Shown here in pieces: positions 19,761 through 33,219 of a stretch of DNA of 64,000 bases. The stretch is taken from contig CAWCKW010000012.1 in NCBI GenBank assembly GCA_963796285.1, positions 864,001 to 928,000 on the forward strand, written 5' to 3'. Numbering within the stretch: position 1 is the stretch's first letter; the number at the start of each line of letters is the position of its first letter. Origin of the DNA: Nitrospirota bacterium (GTDB lineage Bacteria; Nitrospirota; UBA9217). The position numbers were made by a program, and so were the translations under genes. The notes under the pieces are model-generated. The model did no database searches and was not told the DNA's origin. It worked only from the letters and a program-made list of their open reading frames with translations.

Positions 19761-22652
19761 TCAACTGCTACTAACTGATATTATTTTTATTTCCTCTTCC
19801 GTGAAGCCATACAACTCATAAACCAATTGATCGATCTGGTGATCGGCGGCATCGATTTGGCGCTGAAGGGCGGTCTTTTCTTGGTCGGTCTTGACTGCTG
19901 CGATACGTTTTTGCAAGTCAATGTGCTGATCAACAAGTTGAACTACCTTTTTGCCCTCGTCTGTTCCAATCGTCCGAGGGTATGGAAATTCGCGCAGATT
20001 TTTTATGACCACCTTAGGAAATACTTTTCTCACACTCTTTACAGCTTTCTGCTTATAAAATATCGACATCAAGCGACTGTTTAATAGGCATAGTAGCTTT
20101 TTCAAAGCTGCATCATCATTATCGCCATGAAGAACGTTCAAGATACTCTTATTATTCAAATAAGCGCCAGTAACAAACATTGCATTTAAGCAGTATGGAT
20201 AATCTGAAGTAATTTCGCGCAATAGCACTCGAGGTCTTTTGAATATATCAATTTCGCGTGGTTGCGATAGCCATGGCCCGTATTGCATCCACATACCTGA
20301 CCAATTCAATTCATAACGGCCAACATCTCTGCCCTGTAAATATTTGACGCTATTTTCATCAACTCGCTTTTCACAGTCGAAAACATGATTTTTGACATCA
20401 GCAGCCGACTGAGGTGGCGTCCCTTTTCCATCCTCATACGCCTGCAGGCCTGTTCTGACGTCAAAAACCTCGCCTATAGTCATTGAATTTCGTATAACCT
20501 TATCAACAATCGCTGAAACGTCAATATTGTTGGAAAATACAATGCGATGATTCGTCTCGTTCCATTTTCTTCGGTCAAATGATTCCGGCTTTGCTTCCAC
20601 TAATCTATCCTCAGAATTTACTCTTAAGGTCAACACCTTATTCTGAAGATCATGTCCTGTAACCGTAAAAATACAGGGTTCCATCGATACTCGATGAAAG
20701 ACCAAATAGTTTAGATCAGCTAAAAGCTCCAATCGCGGAACATACGCTTCACGCAACAGTTTAGCGCTTTCAATGGTCAGCCACGAGTTTGGAACAATAA
20801 AACCACCTTTGCCGTTTTTTCAAGCAGCCGAAGCAGCCGCTCCATGAAGAGCATGAACGTATTATGCTTTTCCCATGACAATTGATATCTGGTCGCGAAG
20901 TATTGGCGCTCTTCTTCTGATAACTGTTCGCGAGTAAAGATATAAGGCGGATTCCCAATCACTGCATCGAAGCCTCCCGCTTTCATGATTTCAGGAAATT
21001 CCTTTTCCCAATCGAAGACATTCACGCGATACCGCTCTTCATCGTCCAGCATCGTCTGCTGCTGGTAGAAATCGGAACCGATAAGCGAATTCCCGCATTT
21101 GATGTTATCACCAAGATCTGGTAGCGCGCGCTCATGGAACATGCGGAGTTGATTTGTGAGGGTCTGGTTGTTCTCGCCTTCGAGGACTTTCAGAAGCAGC
21201 GAAAGCTTGGTCACTTCCACCGCCTGGGAGTCGATGTCCACGCCGTAAATATTATTCAGCAGGATTCGCTTTCTTCTCGGCAGTGGTGAGATGCCAATTC
21301 GGGGTGCGGGGATCGGGCGATGGGCCTTGGTAAATTGCAGGCTGCTTTGTCTTTGCCCATTTTTCAGGTTCATTGTCGATGTACCATTTCAAATGCCAGT
21401 CAAGGAGATATTGGTACGCGCCAAGCAGGAATGATCCAGAGCCACAAGCGGGATCGAGGATCTTCAGTTTCTCGACCTCCTTCGGTTTCTTGTCCGCGAC
21501 CAGCTTCCCTACTGTATTCTTTACAATGTAATCAACGATGTACTTCGGCGTGTAGTAGACACCACCTGCTTTTCTGACCTCGGGCTTTTCCTCCACCTTT
21601 GCCTGATGTCCCGCTGTGAGGCGAATGACCTTGCCGAGGAATTGCTCGTACACCTGGCCCAAAATGTCGGCGGAGATGACGGAGAATTCATAAGGACTTT
21701 CGGGATAGTAGAGCCGATTGATGATGTCTTTAAGCGGCTTATCGTCGATTGAGATGTTTGGGGTGAGCTTGTCCGGCTCCTCGTGCCGGTCCTTTTCCCG
21801 CTGGAAATGAAACAAGCCGGAATTGTACCGGTCATCTGCCTGGCTGAAGAGTTGCACAAGCCGCTTGTAAACGTTGGTTCCGTTCAGTTGGGTCTGGAGC
21901 CTTCCGTATTCCTCGATGCCCCGGTCCTCGCAGATGCGCAGGAACACGATACGGTCGATGGTGCGCTGCACAGCAAAGTTCAGCTCGCGCTGGGAGAGAT
22001 CCGGGTTTCGGATTGCTATGTTGCGCGCGAGGAGGTCGCGCCAGTCTTCGATCTCGGTCAGGAATGCATCGTCTACCGTTGCCGTACCCTTCTTGAGCTT
22101 CGAGGACTCGGCATACTTGTCAAAGGAGCCTTTGAGCACGGCTTCTCGTGAAAATATGTTGACGAGTTCATCCCATTTAGCCGGATAGTCTTTATAGGTG
22201 AAGTACAACACTCTCCCGGTGGAGGCTTTATCTATCTGAACAGGTTTAATGCGGCAGTCGTAGACAGCGAATTCTTCGAAGTCGGTGAGAATGCTTAAAG
22301 GAAGTTTTGCTGACCAGGCATAACGCCTGAGTTGGAAGGCCGGACTGACATCGTCTTTGAGATTGACTGAGGGCTTTTTTGCTTCCACGAAGAACTTTTT
22401 GACGCTGCCGATTCGGAAGCAGTAATCCGGGGCCTTGGTTGCGCCACCGATCTTGAGCGCATCTTCGTGGATAACATCTTTGTACGCTTCGGCGTAACCC
22501 TGCTTGTTCTCGACATCCCAGCCCAGGACGCTGAAGAACGGATCGAGAAATTCCCGCCTGAGCTGTGTTTCATTATATGCCCCGGACATGTAGGATTCAC
22601 GGTTTCGCTCAAAGCGTTCGATCAAATCTGCGATTTCTTTCGGCAGCCCCAT
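19761..22652 (-). CDS. Type IIG (Eco57I-like) fused restriction endonuclease-methyltransferase, split into three ORFs by two frameshifts
   Basis: PDY...VEAKK nuclease, GVYYTP, ILDPACGSGSFL, IYGVDID, VIGNPPY, TaqI-C-like tail (IDQLVYELYG); breaks near 21270 and 20815 in A-runs. Confidence 0.9.
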
Positions 22653-22694
22653 CAGCACCCCACGTTAGAATCTGGTTAAAAAGTATTCCGATTT

Positions 22695-23042
22695 TTACAA
22701 CTCAGTATATTTCTTGGCCGAGCCCTTTGCCTTGTGAACCGGATACTTCGTTTCGTTCTTCGCAATCTTCTTCTCCACTTCCGTCAACAAGTCGATCTTA
22801 TATTCCTCGCTGAGATAGGTGAGGAATATAAAGATATCGGCCAGTTCTTCTTTTACGTTCTTAAGTTCTTCGGTGGAAAGATTGCGGGACTGCTCGGTCG
22901 TCTTCCAGAGGAAGTTTTCAAGCAGCTCCCCCGCTTCAATGGAGAGGGCTTCGGCGAGGTTCTTGGGATCGTGGAATTGCGCCCAGTCACGCTCGTTCCG
23001 GAATGAAAGGATCTTTTTCTGGATGGATTCTAAATCAGCCAT
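22695..23042 (-). CDS. MazG-like nucleotide pyrophosphohydrolase
   Basis: RDWAQFHDPKNL, EAGELLE, EELADI, KIAKNETKYP. Confidence 0.92.
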   Translation of the reverse strand: MADLESIQKKILSFRNERDWAQFHDPKNLAEALSIEAGELLENFLWKTTEQSRNLSTEELKNVKEELADIFIFLTYLSEEYKIDLLTEVEKKIAKNETKYPVHKAKGSAKKYTEL

Positions 23043-23159
23043 GCCACTCCTGAACCTCATCACAACTGTTTGAAAACCTTACTACAAGTTGCCGTAAATG
23101 TCCAGAAAAGAGATGGGTGATTTTGGGGGATGGATTTTACTTCAAATCCGAGTAGTTTA

Positions 23160-23621
23160 TCAGATTTTTTGTTCGATCTTGATAATGAGCGCAGTTTCAT
23201 CGCAGTCGGGGAATTTGACGCAGTTCAGGCAATCAGTCCATATCTTATGAGGAAGTTCCTTTTTGTCCACCTCGGCAAAGCCGAGCTTTCTAAAAAATCC
23301 GGCCTGGTAGGTCAGCACAAACACGCGCTCAACCTGCAGCTCAGCGGCCTCTGCCAGGCACTGCCGCACCAGCTCGGCACCGATACCGTGCCTGACCCGG
23401 TCCCGATGCACGGCCAGCGAGCGTATCTCGGCAAGTCCATCCCAGCTTACATGGAGCGCGCATACGCCAACAAGCGAATTTTTGTCCTCGTACACGTGGA
23501 AATCGCGGAGGTGCTCATAAATTTCGTTCAAGGTGCGGGGCAGCATCTGTCCCGCATCGGCATACTGGTTCACGAGCGATTGGATCGCCTTGACGTCGGT
23601 TAACTTTGCCTTGCGTATCAT
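23160..23621 (-). CDS. GNAT N-acetyltransferase (short ArgA-like N-acetylglutamate synthase)
   Basis: MLPR, AEIRSLAV, VFVLT, LPHKIWTDCLNC...CDETAL. Confidence 0.85.
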   Translation of the reverse strand: MIRKAKLTDVKAIQSLVNQYADAGQMLPRTLNEIYEHLRDFHVYEDKNSLVGVCALHVSWDGLAEIRSLAVHRDRVRHGIGAELVRQCLAEAAELQVERVFVLTYQAGFFRKLGFAEVDKKELPHKIWTDCLNCVKFPDCDETALIIKIEQKI

Positions 23622-23906
23622 GAGGAAAAACTACTATGTTACTCGGATAAAGTCAAACAAATAAATAGAACCGCGCGAACGCTAATGGCGGCTAGACGCA
23701 AAGGACATACTTCATTCTCATGCCCTGCGGCCTCCCGCATGCGGAGCAACTCATTTTTATTTTAGCAAGTGAATTTCTCTCATGCGTTCTCAAAAAAATT
23801 GCACTCCAAAGAGCAAAAGGACTATTGACTTTAACCTGATGATTGGAGTATATTTTAATTCAGGTAAGCGAAAATTCATTGAAGCAGTGAAGGCGGTTAC
23901 CATACT

Positions 23907-26348
<2,442 letters not shown>

Positions 26349-26361
26349 CCTGTCTCTCTCA

Positions 26362-26395
26362 TCTTCAGGAAAGAGTCAAACCTCTTTCCTGAAGA
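26362..26395. terminator. Hairpin after clpC between convergent genes
   Basis: TCTTCAGGAAAGAG-tcaaac-CTCTTTCCTGAAGA, perfect 14-bp stem. Confidence 0.65.
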
Positions 26396-26546
26396 AATCA
26401 TTCTTCAACTCCCCTACCAACTCTTAATATTTTCTTTTCCCGGCAATACAGCGGGAGCCATCGTATCGGCCTTGCTCATGAAAGCAATCACGGGTTCACG
26501 TCACTACCCGCATGACACTACCACGGGAATTGAACGCATCTGCTCA

Positions 26547-27788
26547 CTATCCGCTTACTTTTTTTACGAACCGATTGACGGCTGATATCACCTGAAGCGG
26601 CGATTTCCGTGCATTGTCCAGCAGGAATATATGCTTTTGGGAACCCCGGGAAAGACAGGACCTTCCCTCACCTGATCGAATGGGCTTAAATGTAATACCC
26701 GCCGGCAGCGCAATTTCTCCGTCTGTTGTTCTCTGTTCGTCTTTATAAACCAGATAATCGTTTAAAAACGGGATAAGCCTGTTCCCCTGGTCTATAATGG
26801 CCTGCATATCGACGGCGCTGTTTTGTTCCGACCTGTATGACATACTCAGCACTCTCATCCCCTGCGGAGCGCATGCCACGTCATCTTTGGCACTGAACGA
26901 GAGCGTAATAAAATCTCGAGGCCTCGTATAGTCCGGAAGGAAAAGCACTTCCGGGCACATACCAACCGGTATGACGGTATCTCGGATTCCCAGGTAGATC
27001 GTTGACGACTCATATTGCGGCGCCACGTTCAGGAGTATCGTGTCGGCCTCGATGACCCCCTGTTTAGTTGTAATACCGCTAATACGGTTGCCGCTCGACG
27101 CGAACTCACCAACCGTCTGGTTATATGCTATTTCACCACCCTGATGAAGGATCGAGCTGGACAACTGATCCGCGAATTTTTTGAAGCCGCCTTCGAGGTA
27201 GAGAGGCGGCGTATCGCATAAAGCGATAAGGTTCACCAGGGAAAGATCTGCAATCTGTCTCTGAAAGAAATAAAGCGACTGGATGTCGAAAAACGCCATC
27301 AATTCCGTGCTGAAGCGGTATCTCCCGATAAACCGGGCGGCAGACCGGTGCCTTGTCAAGAATGCCGAAAGACGATTTGTTGCCGCCTTCTCCGCCAGTC
27401 TATGCAGATCCCGGTAAAACTTCATCAACATACTTGATTCCCGGGGGAATTCTCTTCTGAGTTCTTCCAGAGTTTCACCCTGATCGGCATAGATCGTGAT
27501 CCTGTGGTCAGGCAGCGCCACTTGATAACAGGGAGATTGCACGGACACACTATGAACTATCCCGAGGGAAGAAGACAGCTCGTAAAATGCTCCTCCTCGT
27601 TCAAAACCGTATGATAACGTCGGTGCAGCACAGGAGGCATATCCATCCTTTTCATATACACCCACAGCCCTCTCACCTGATCCGCTGCGTTCAAGGACAA
27701 TAACTTTTTTCTTCCTGCTGGACAACAGTGCTGCAGCGGCAAGTCCGCCGAGCCCTGCGCCGACTATCGCAACGTCGTATTTCGGCAT
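26547..27788 (-). CDS. FAD-dependent oxidoreductase, phytoene-desaturase-like family
   Basis: DVAIVGAGLGGL Rossmann motif, RREFP, GGF..FAD.L. Confidence 0.75.
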   Translation of the reverse strand: MPKYDVAIVGAGLGGLAAAALLSSRKKKVIVLERSGSGERAVGVYEKDGYASCAAPTLSYGFERGGAFYELSSSLGIVHSVSVQSPCYQVALPDHRITIYADQGETLEELRREFPRESSMLMKFYRDLHRLAEKAATNRLSAFLTRHRSAARFIGRYRFSTELMAFFDIQSLYFFQRQIADLSLVNLIALCDTPPLYLEGGFKKFADQLSSSILHQGGEIAYNQTVGEFASSGNRISGITTKQGVIEADTILLNVAPQYESSTIYLGIRDTVIPVGMCPEVLFLPDYTRPRDFITLSFSAKDDVACAPQGMRVLSMSYRSEQNSAVDMQAIIDQGNRLIPFLNDYLVYKDEQRTTDGEIALPAGITFKPIRSGEGRSCLSRGSQKHIFLLDNARKSPLQVISAVNRFVKKVSG

Positions 27789-27941
27789 GGGTACTCCTTT
27801 GAATAGTTCAGCCCGATAAGACGCCAGGACACAAGAAAAGACTTGACCTGATTCGATCCGGCTGTGAACTTGTTTCGGTCTTCTCTGTGCGTTAGTGTCA
27901 TCTGGGCAGATTCTGTTCGAGCCTGGCCGGGTGATATGTTA

Positions 27942-27990
27942 AACAAAAAAGGAAATAGGGAATCTCATCGAGTCTCCTATTTCCTCTTGT
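27942..27990 (-). terminator. Intrinsic terminator after pnp
   Basis: AGGAAATAGG...CCTATTTCCT stem followed by a T-run on the minus strand. Confidence 0.7.
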
Positions 27991-28027
27991 TCATTTTCTG
28001 CATTGCCGGTGACAATGATGGGGAAGG

Positions 28028-30122
28028 TTATTTTGTGGTTCCTCTTTCACGCATGGCTTCTTTGCGAGAGAGGCGAATTTTCCCCTGCCGGTCGATTTCA
28101 AGCACCTTCACGAGGACCTCGTCGCCTTCCTTGAGCGCGTCCGTTACCTTTTCGAGCCGCTGATCGGAGATCTGCGAAATATGGAGCAGTCCGTCGGTAC
28201 CGGGGAAGATTTCAACAAAGGCGCCGAAATCCATGATCTTTCTGACCTTGCCCATATAGATCTTGCCGACCTCTGCGTCCTGGCAGATGCCCCGGATGAT
28301 CTCTTTTGCCTTGAGGGCGGCAGCTTCGTCGGACGATGCGATGTTGATCGTACCGTCGTCCTCAATATCGATCTTGGCCCCGGTCTGTTCCACGATGCTG
28401 CGAATGACCTTGCCTCCGCTGCCGATGACGTCCTTGATCTTTTCCGTGTTGATCTTCATGGTGATGATGCGCGGCGCGAAGGTGCTCAGGTTCTTCCTTG
28501 GCGATGCAAGCGTCTCAAGCATCTTGCCGAGGATATGCAGCCGCCCGTCCTTCGCCTGTTGAAGCGCCGTGCGCATGACGTCGATCGTAATGCCCTCGAT
28601 CTTCATGTCCATCTGCAGGGCGGTGATCCCCTTGCTTGTTCCGGTGACCTTGAAATCCATGTCTCCGAGGTGGTCCTCGAGCCCAAGGATATCAGAAAGC
28701 ACGATGACCTTGCTGCCTTCCTTGATGAGGCCCATGGCAATGCCCGCAACAGGGGCCTTGATCGGCACACCGGCGTCCATGAGAGACAGCGTCCCGCCGC
28801 AGACCGTGGCCATGGACGAAGAGCCGTTGGATTCAAGGATGTCGGATACGATCCTGATGGTGTAGGGGAACTCCTGCTTGGTCGGCACCATTGCCTTGAG
28901 CGCGCGTTCAGCGAGCGCCCCGTGACCTACTTCACGCCTGCCGGGTCCCCGCAGGGGCTTGGTCTCACCAACACTGAAAGGCGGAAAATTGTAATGGAGC
29001 ATGAACGTCTTGAAGTACTCGCCCTCAAGGGAGTCAATGCGCTGCTCGTCTACTGATGTCCCGAGAGTCGTAATGACCAGCGCCTGGGTCTCTCCGCGGG
29101 TAAAGAGCGCTGAGCCGTGCGTCCGCGGGAGGAAACCGACCACCGAGCTGATCGGCCGGATCTGATCAGGCCTTCGTCCGTCAGCGCGAATGTTCTTTTC
29201 AAGGATGATCTTCCGGACTTCGTCCTTTTCCAAACCGAAGAATATCGTTGCGATCTGGAGGTTCCTGGTGGGGTCTTCGTTTTTGAGCTTCTGCTTGATC
29301 TCATCGAGCAGCGCATCGAGGGTCTTCTGCCGTTCCATCTTGTCCGGGATGACGATGGCGATCAGCAAACGGTCCATGGCCAGTGCAGCCACCTGCCCGG
29401 CAAGTTCCTTGTCGATCTCAACGGTCTTCACGGACCGTTTCGACTTACCTACCTTTGCGACCAGTTCGTTCACCAGCGCAACGATCTTCTTGATCTCGCG
29501 ATGGGCGGTCTCGAGGGCTTCGAGCATCTGGTCCTCGGTCAACTCGCTTCGCACCGCCTTCGACCATCATGATGGCGTCGGCAGTGCCTGCTACGACCAG
29601 GTTGAGTTGCGTGGTCTCGATCTCCTTCTGGCCGGGATTGATGATGTACTTGCCGTCGACAAGCCCGATCCGGACTGCGCCGATGGGGCCGTTGAACGGG
29701 ATGTCCGATATTGCAAGAGCCGCCGACGATGCGATCATCCCCATCAGGTCCATGGAACTCTCGTCGCCGATCGAGAGCACCGACGCGATGACCTGCGTGT
29801 CGTAATAGTACCCTTCAGGAAACAGCGGCCTGATAGGCCGGTCAATGAGCCTCGACGTCAGGATCTCTTTTTCGGTTTGCCGTCCCTCCCGCTTGAAAAA
29901 TCCGCCCGGGATCCTTCCGGCAGCATAGGCTTTTTCCTGATAGTCCACCGTCAATGGGAGAAAATCAACATTAGCACGTTCTACCTTGGAAGAAACCGCC
30001 GTTGACAGGACTACCGTATCACCGTACCTGACAACAACAGCGCCGTCTGCCTGTTTGGCCATCAATCCCGTTTCCAGGATCAGTCGTTTTCCGCCTATTT
30101 CTGTTTCTACTGTTGTTACCAT
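28028..30122 (-). CDS. pnp: Polyribonucleotide nucleotidyltransferase (one frameshift near 29550)
   Basis: [36 protein letters not shown] and S1 domains across two ORFs. Confidence 0.96.
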
Positions 30123-30154
30123 GGAACCTCACTTTTCCCATTACGTTCGTAATA

Positions 30155-30418
30155 CTACTTTCTTATGCCGAGCTGCTCAATAACCTTGCGGTATCGGTCA
30201 AGATCGTTCGTCTTCAGGTAATTCAAATGCCGACGCCTCTGGCCGACCATTTTCAGGAGACCTCTCCGTGAATGTTGATCGTGCTTGTGCGCCTGCAAAT
30301 GCTCCGTCAGATGGCTGATCCTTCCGCTCAGAATTGCTATCTGCACTTCCGGAGAACCTGTATCTGATGGATGCCTGCGGTACGTATTGATCAGACCTGT
30401 TTTCTGTTCCTTATCCAT
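30155..30418 (-). CDS. rpsO: 30S ribosomal protein S15
   Basis: [10 protein letters not shown], [12 protein letters not shown]; exact start uncertain. Confidence 0.96.
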   Translation of the reverse strand: MDKEQKTGLINTYRRHPSDTGSPEVQIAILSGRISHLTEHLQAHKHDQHSRRGLLKMVGQRRRHLNYLKTNDLDRYRKVIEQLGIRK

Positions 30419-30517
30419 TCAACCGTCCCTCCTTTCTTCAAGATGTTTACCTTGTTTCTGAAGCGTGCTAAAATATCATATTTACAGCCAGTTGTAAAGC
30501 ATTTTATTCGTTCCTTG

Positions 30518-31400
30518 TTACGAAAAAACCAGATCCGGTTTGAGGACCCCGGCAACGATGCGGGCAAGTCCCAAGAGTCTTCCCGCCGGGCTATGAAGCC
30601 TGACCCGTTCACTCGTTGAGTTCGCAATGGACAGCGGACAGGATATCGCATTGCCGTGCATCACCTTGACTGTCTCTGTCTCACTGATCGGGACCGAGGG
30701 GAACGCTGCAAGCGCATCGTCAATCGTCGTGAAAGCCTGTTCTACTGTGCCTTCCGCCATCATTTTTTGAAGCTGTTCCAGGGTCACTGCTCGATCGATG
30801 CTGAAACATCCTGAGCGCGTTCTTTCGAGACCGGCCAGATGCGCTCCCATGCCCAATGCATCCCCTATTTCGGCGCACAACGTGCGGATGTATACTCCTT
30901 TTGAGCACCGCACCAGAAGACTCACCAGGGGGTCCTCGAACGCCGTCAACTCGATACTGAATATCGTTACCGGACGCGGTTTGAGCAATTCCGCCCTGCC
31001 TTCCCGTGCCAGCTTGTATGACGGGACCCCTGCCACCTTTACAGCAGAGTATGCGGGCGGCCGCTGCATGATCGAACCGGTGAATCCCTTCATGACTTCA
31101 ATGATCCGCTGCTTTTCCGGCGGTGTATAGGACTTCGTTGCCACAACCTGTCCCTCGGCATCAAGCGTATCGGTGCTCACGCCGAGCCGCATGACTGCCT
31201 TGTATTCCTTTTCCCCTGCTTCAAGGATACTGGGCTATCCTTGTCGCCTTTCCAGCGCAGAGAACGAGGACGCCGGTCGCGAGCGGGTCAAGGGTTCCCG
31301 TATGGCCGATCCGCTTTTCATGGAGGATCCTGCGAACGCGCTCGACGACATCGTGCGACGTCATTCCCGATGGTTTGTTGATATTAAGAACGCCGTCCAT
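30518..31400 (-). CDS. truB: tRNA pseudouridine(55) synthase (frameshift near 31225)
   Basis: [40 protein letters not shown]. Confidence 0.95.
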
Positions 31401-32386
31401 CCGGGATCGTGCCCCCGTTTCCAAGCTGCGCCGCGATAGCCTTCTCGACTTCGCCGAGCACCCGCTTTTTTACTTCCTCGATAGTCCCGTCGAGCATGCT
31501 GCCGGCAGCGTTCTTGTGTCCGCCGCCGCCAAAAGACTGGGCCAGTCCCGAGAGATCAACCCTTCCCTTTGAGCGCATGCTGATCTTATACTGTGCACTG
31601 CCTGTTTGTCTGAACAGGATCGCCACCTCGACACCTTTGGCAGACCGCACGAAATTTACGAAGTTATCAGTGTCCTCGGCCGTGGTCCCGGTTTGGCGAT
31701 ATAACGTCATCGGTCACCACGATCCATGCGGTCCTTCCATCCCCGTTCCGTTCCATGTTCGCCATAACAGTACCAAGGAGTTTCAATCGCGGGAACGAAA
31801 ATGATTCATATACGTTTTCCGTGACGAGCCAGGGATCGGCGCCGGATTCGATCAGCGTTGCCGCTATTCTCATGCATTCCGGCGTTGTATTTGAATACCG
31901 GAAGGACCCCGTGTCCGTAAATATCGCGGCATAGAGACAAAGGGCGATCTCCTGATCGATCTCGACACCGAGCTCTTTGATAAGCTTAAAGACCATCTCG
32001 CCGGTGGCGGACGCGTCAGTATCGAGCCAGGTTAGAGGCCATTCTATGGGATTCGTGATGTGATGGTCGATATTGATCAGTATGTCGGCGGGAGTGGACT
32101 TGTCAAACAGTCCGGTTCGAGGCGGGTCTGCATCAACGACAATATACGCGTCATACCGGCCCTGCACCGGCTTGCCGATCCTGATCCGATGGTTCTGCGG
32201 CAGGAAACGGTAAATCTCCGGTACCGGATCCAGATTGTGCGCAATCACCGTCTTGCCCATTTTTTCCAGCGCGAGCATGAGCCCCAGTTGAGATCCGAGG
32301 GCGTCTCCATCAGGGCTTTTATGCGTGGAAATGAGAACGCTCGTGCACCCTTTCAGCGACTCAGCGATGCTCGCAAGGTTATTCAT
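31384..32386 (-). CDS. nrnA: DHH/DHHA1 oligoribonuclease / PAP phosphatase (frameshift near 31710)
   Basis: [31 protein letters not shown]. Confidence 0.9.
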
Positions 32387-32768
32387 GCTCCGGGTCTTTC
32401 TTTTCCTTCTCTTCAGTCGTCTGCTTTTCCTCGATCTCGTGCAGCAGTTCCATGATATGCGCGCCCTGCTCGACCGTACTGTCGAAGCGGAACAGTATTT
32501 CCGGAACGCACCTCATCGTCATCCGCCTGCCGAGTTCCGACCGGATAAATGGTGCGGCGCTTTTCAAGCCCTTGAAGGTCTCTTCCTTATCGCCGCCATA
32601 GACGCTCACGAAGACCTTTGCATTCCTGAGGTCGTCAGACAACTCGACGTCGGTTACCGTGACAAACCCTATTCGGGGGTCCTTGATCTTTCTCATCAGG
32701 ATATCGGCGATCTCCTGTTTCATCTGGTCGCCGACGCGTACTGATCTTTTGTATGTTGGTTTGGCCAT
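32379..32768 (-). CDS. rbfA: Ribosome-binding factor A
   Basis: [34 protein letters not shown]. Confidence 0.96.
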   Translation of the reverse strand: MAKPTYKRSVRVGDQMKQEIADILMRKIKDPRIGFVTVTDVELSDDLRNAKVFVSVYGGDKEETFKGLKSAAPFIRSELGRRMTMRCVPEILFRFDSTVEQGAHIMELLHEIEEKQTTEEKEKKDPEHE

Positions 32769-32773
32769 GGTTA

Positions 32774-32878
32774 AAATCAGAAGACAGGAGTCAGAATGCA
32801 GGAGTCAGGAGAAAAATAGCGCATCAGGTTCACATCAGATTTTATGCTGGCTTCTGGATACTGGCTTCTGGCTCCTGT
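32774..32878. repeat. Intergenic inverted array of degenerate heptamers
   Basis: CAGAAGA CAGGAGT CAGAATG CAGGAGT CAGGAG ... CTGGCTT CTGGATA CTGGCTT CTGGCTC CTG. Confidence 0.65.
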
Positions 32879-32881
32879 TCC

Positions 32882-33163
32882 TTAAAATATTTCGATGTGA
32901 TAATCCAGGAGGCTTATTTCCGGAACACCGCGGACCATGTTCAGCACATGATCCAGCGTCTGGTTCAGGTGGGATTTATCATTGCTCACAGCGGCCACTG
33001 CCAAGGACGCCTTCTGCCAGAGATCGTTGTTGTCGACCTCAGCCACCGAGACATTGAACTTGTTCCGCATCCTGTCCTTCAGGCTGTGGAGAGAATGCCT
33101 CTTTGCCTTAAGCGACCCGCTGTCGGGAATATGGATTTCTATGGTACAAACACCGATAAACAT
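32882..33163 (-). CDS. DUF503 (YlxP-like) protein
   Basis: SLKAKR, KFNVSVAEVD..DLWQ; canonical position between infB and rbfA. Confidence 0.9.
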   Translation of the reverse strand: MFIGVCTIEIHIPDSGSLKAKRHSLHSLKDRMRNKFNVSVAEVDNNDLWQKASLAVAAVSNDKSHLNQTLDHVLNMVRGVPEISLLDYHIEIF

Positions 33164-33219
33164 CGTTCAACCACTGCCGGATCCCGGGAAAATCGCCTCC
33201 GGAAGCATGGCCAGGCACC

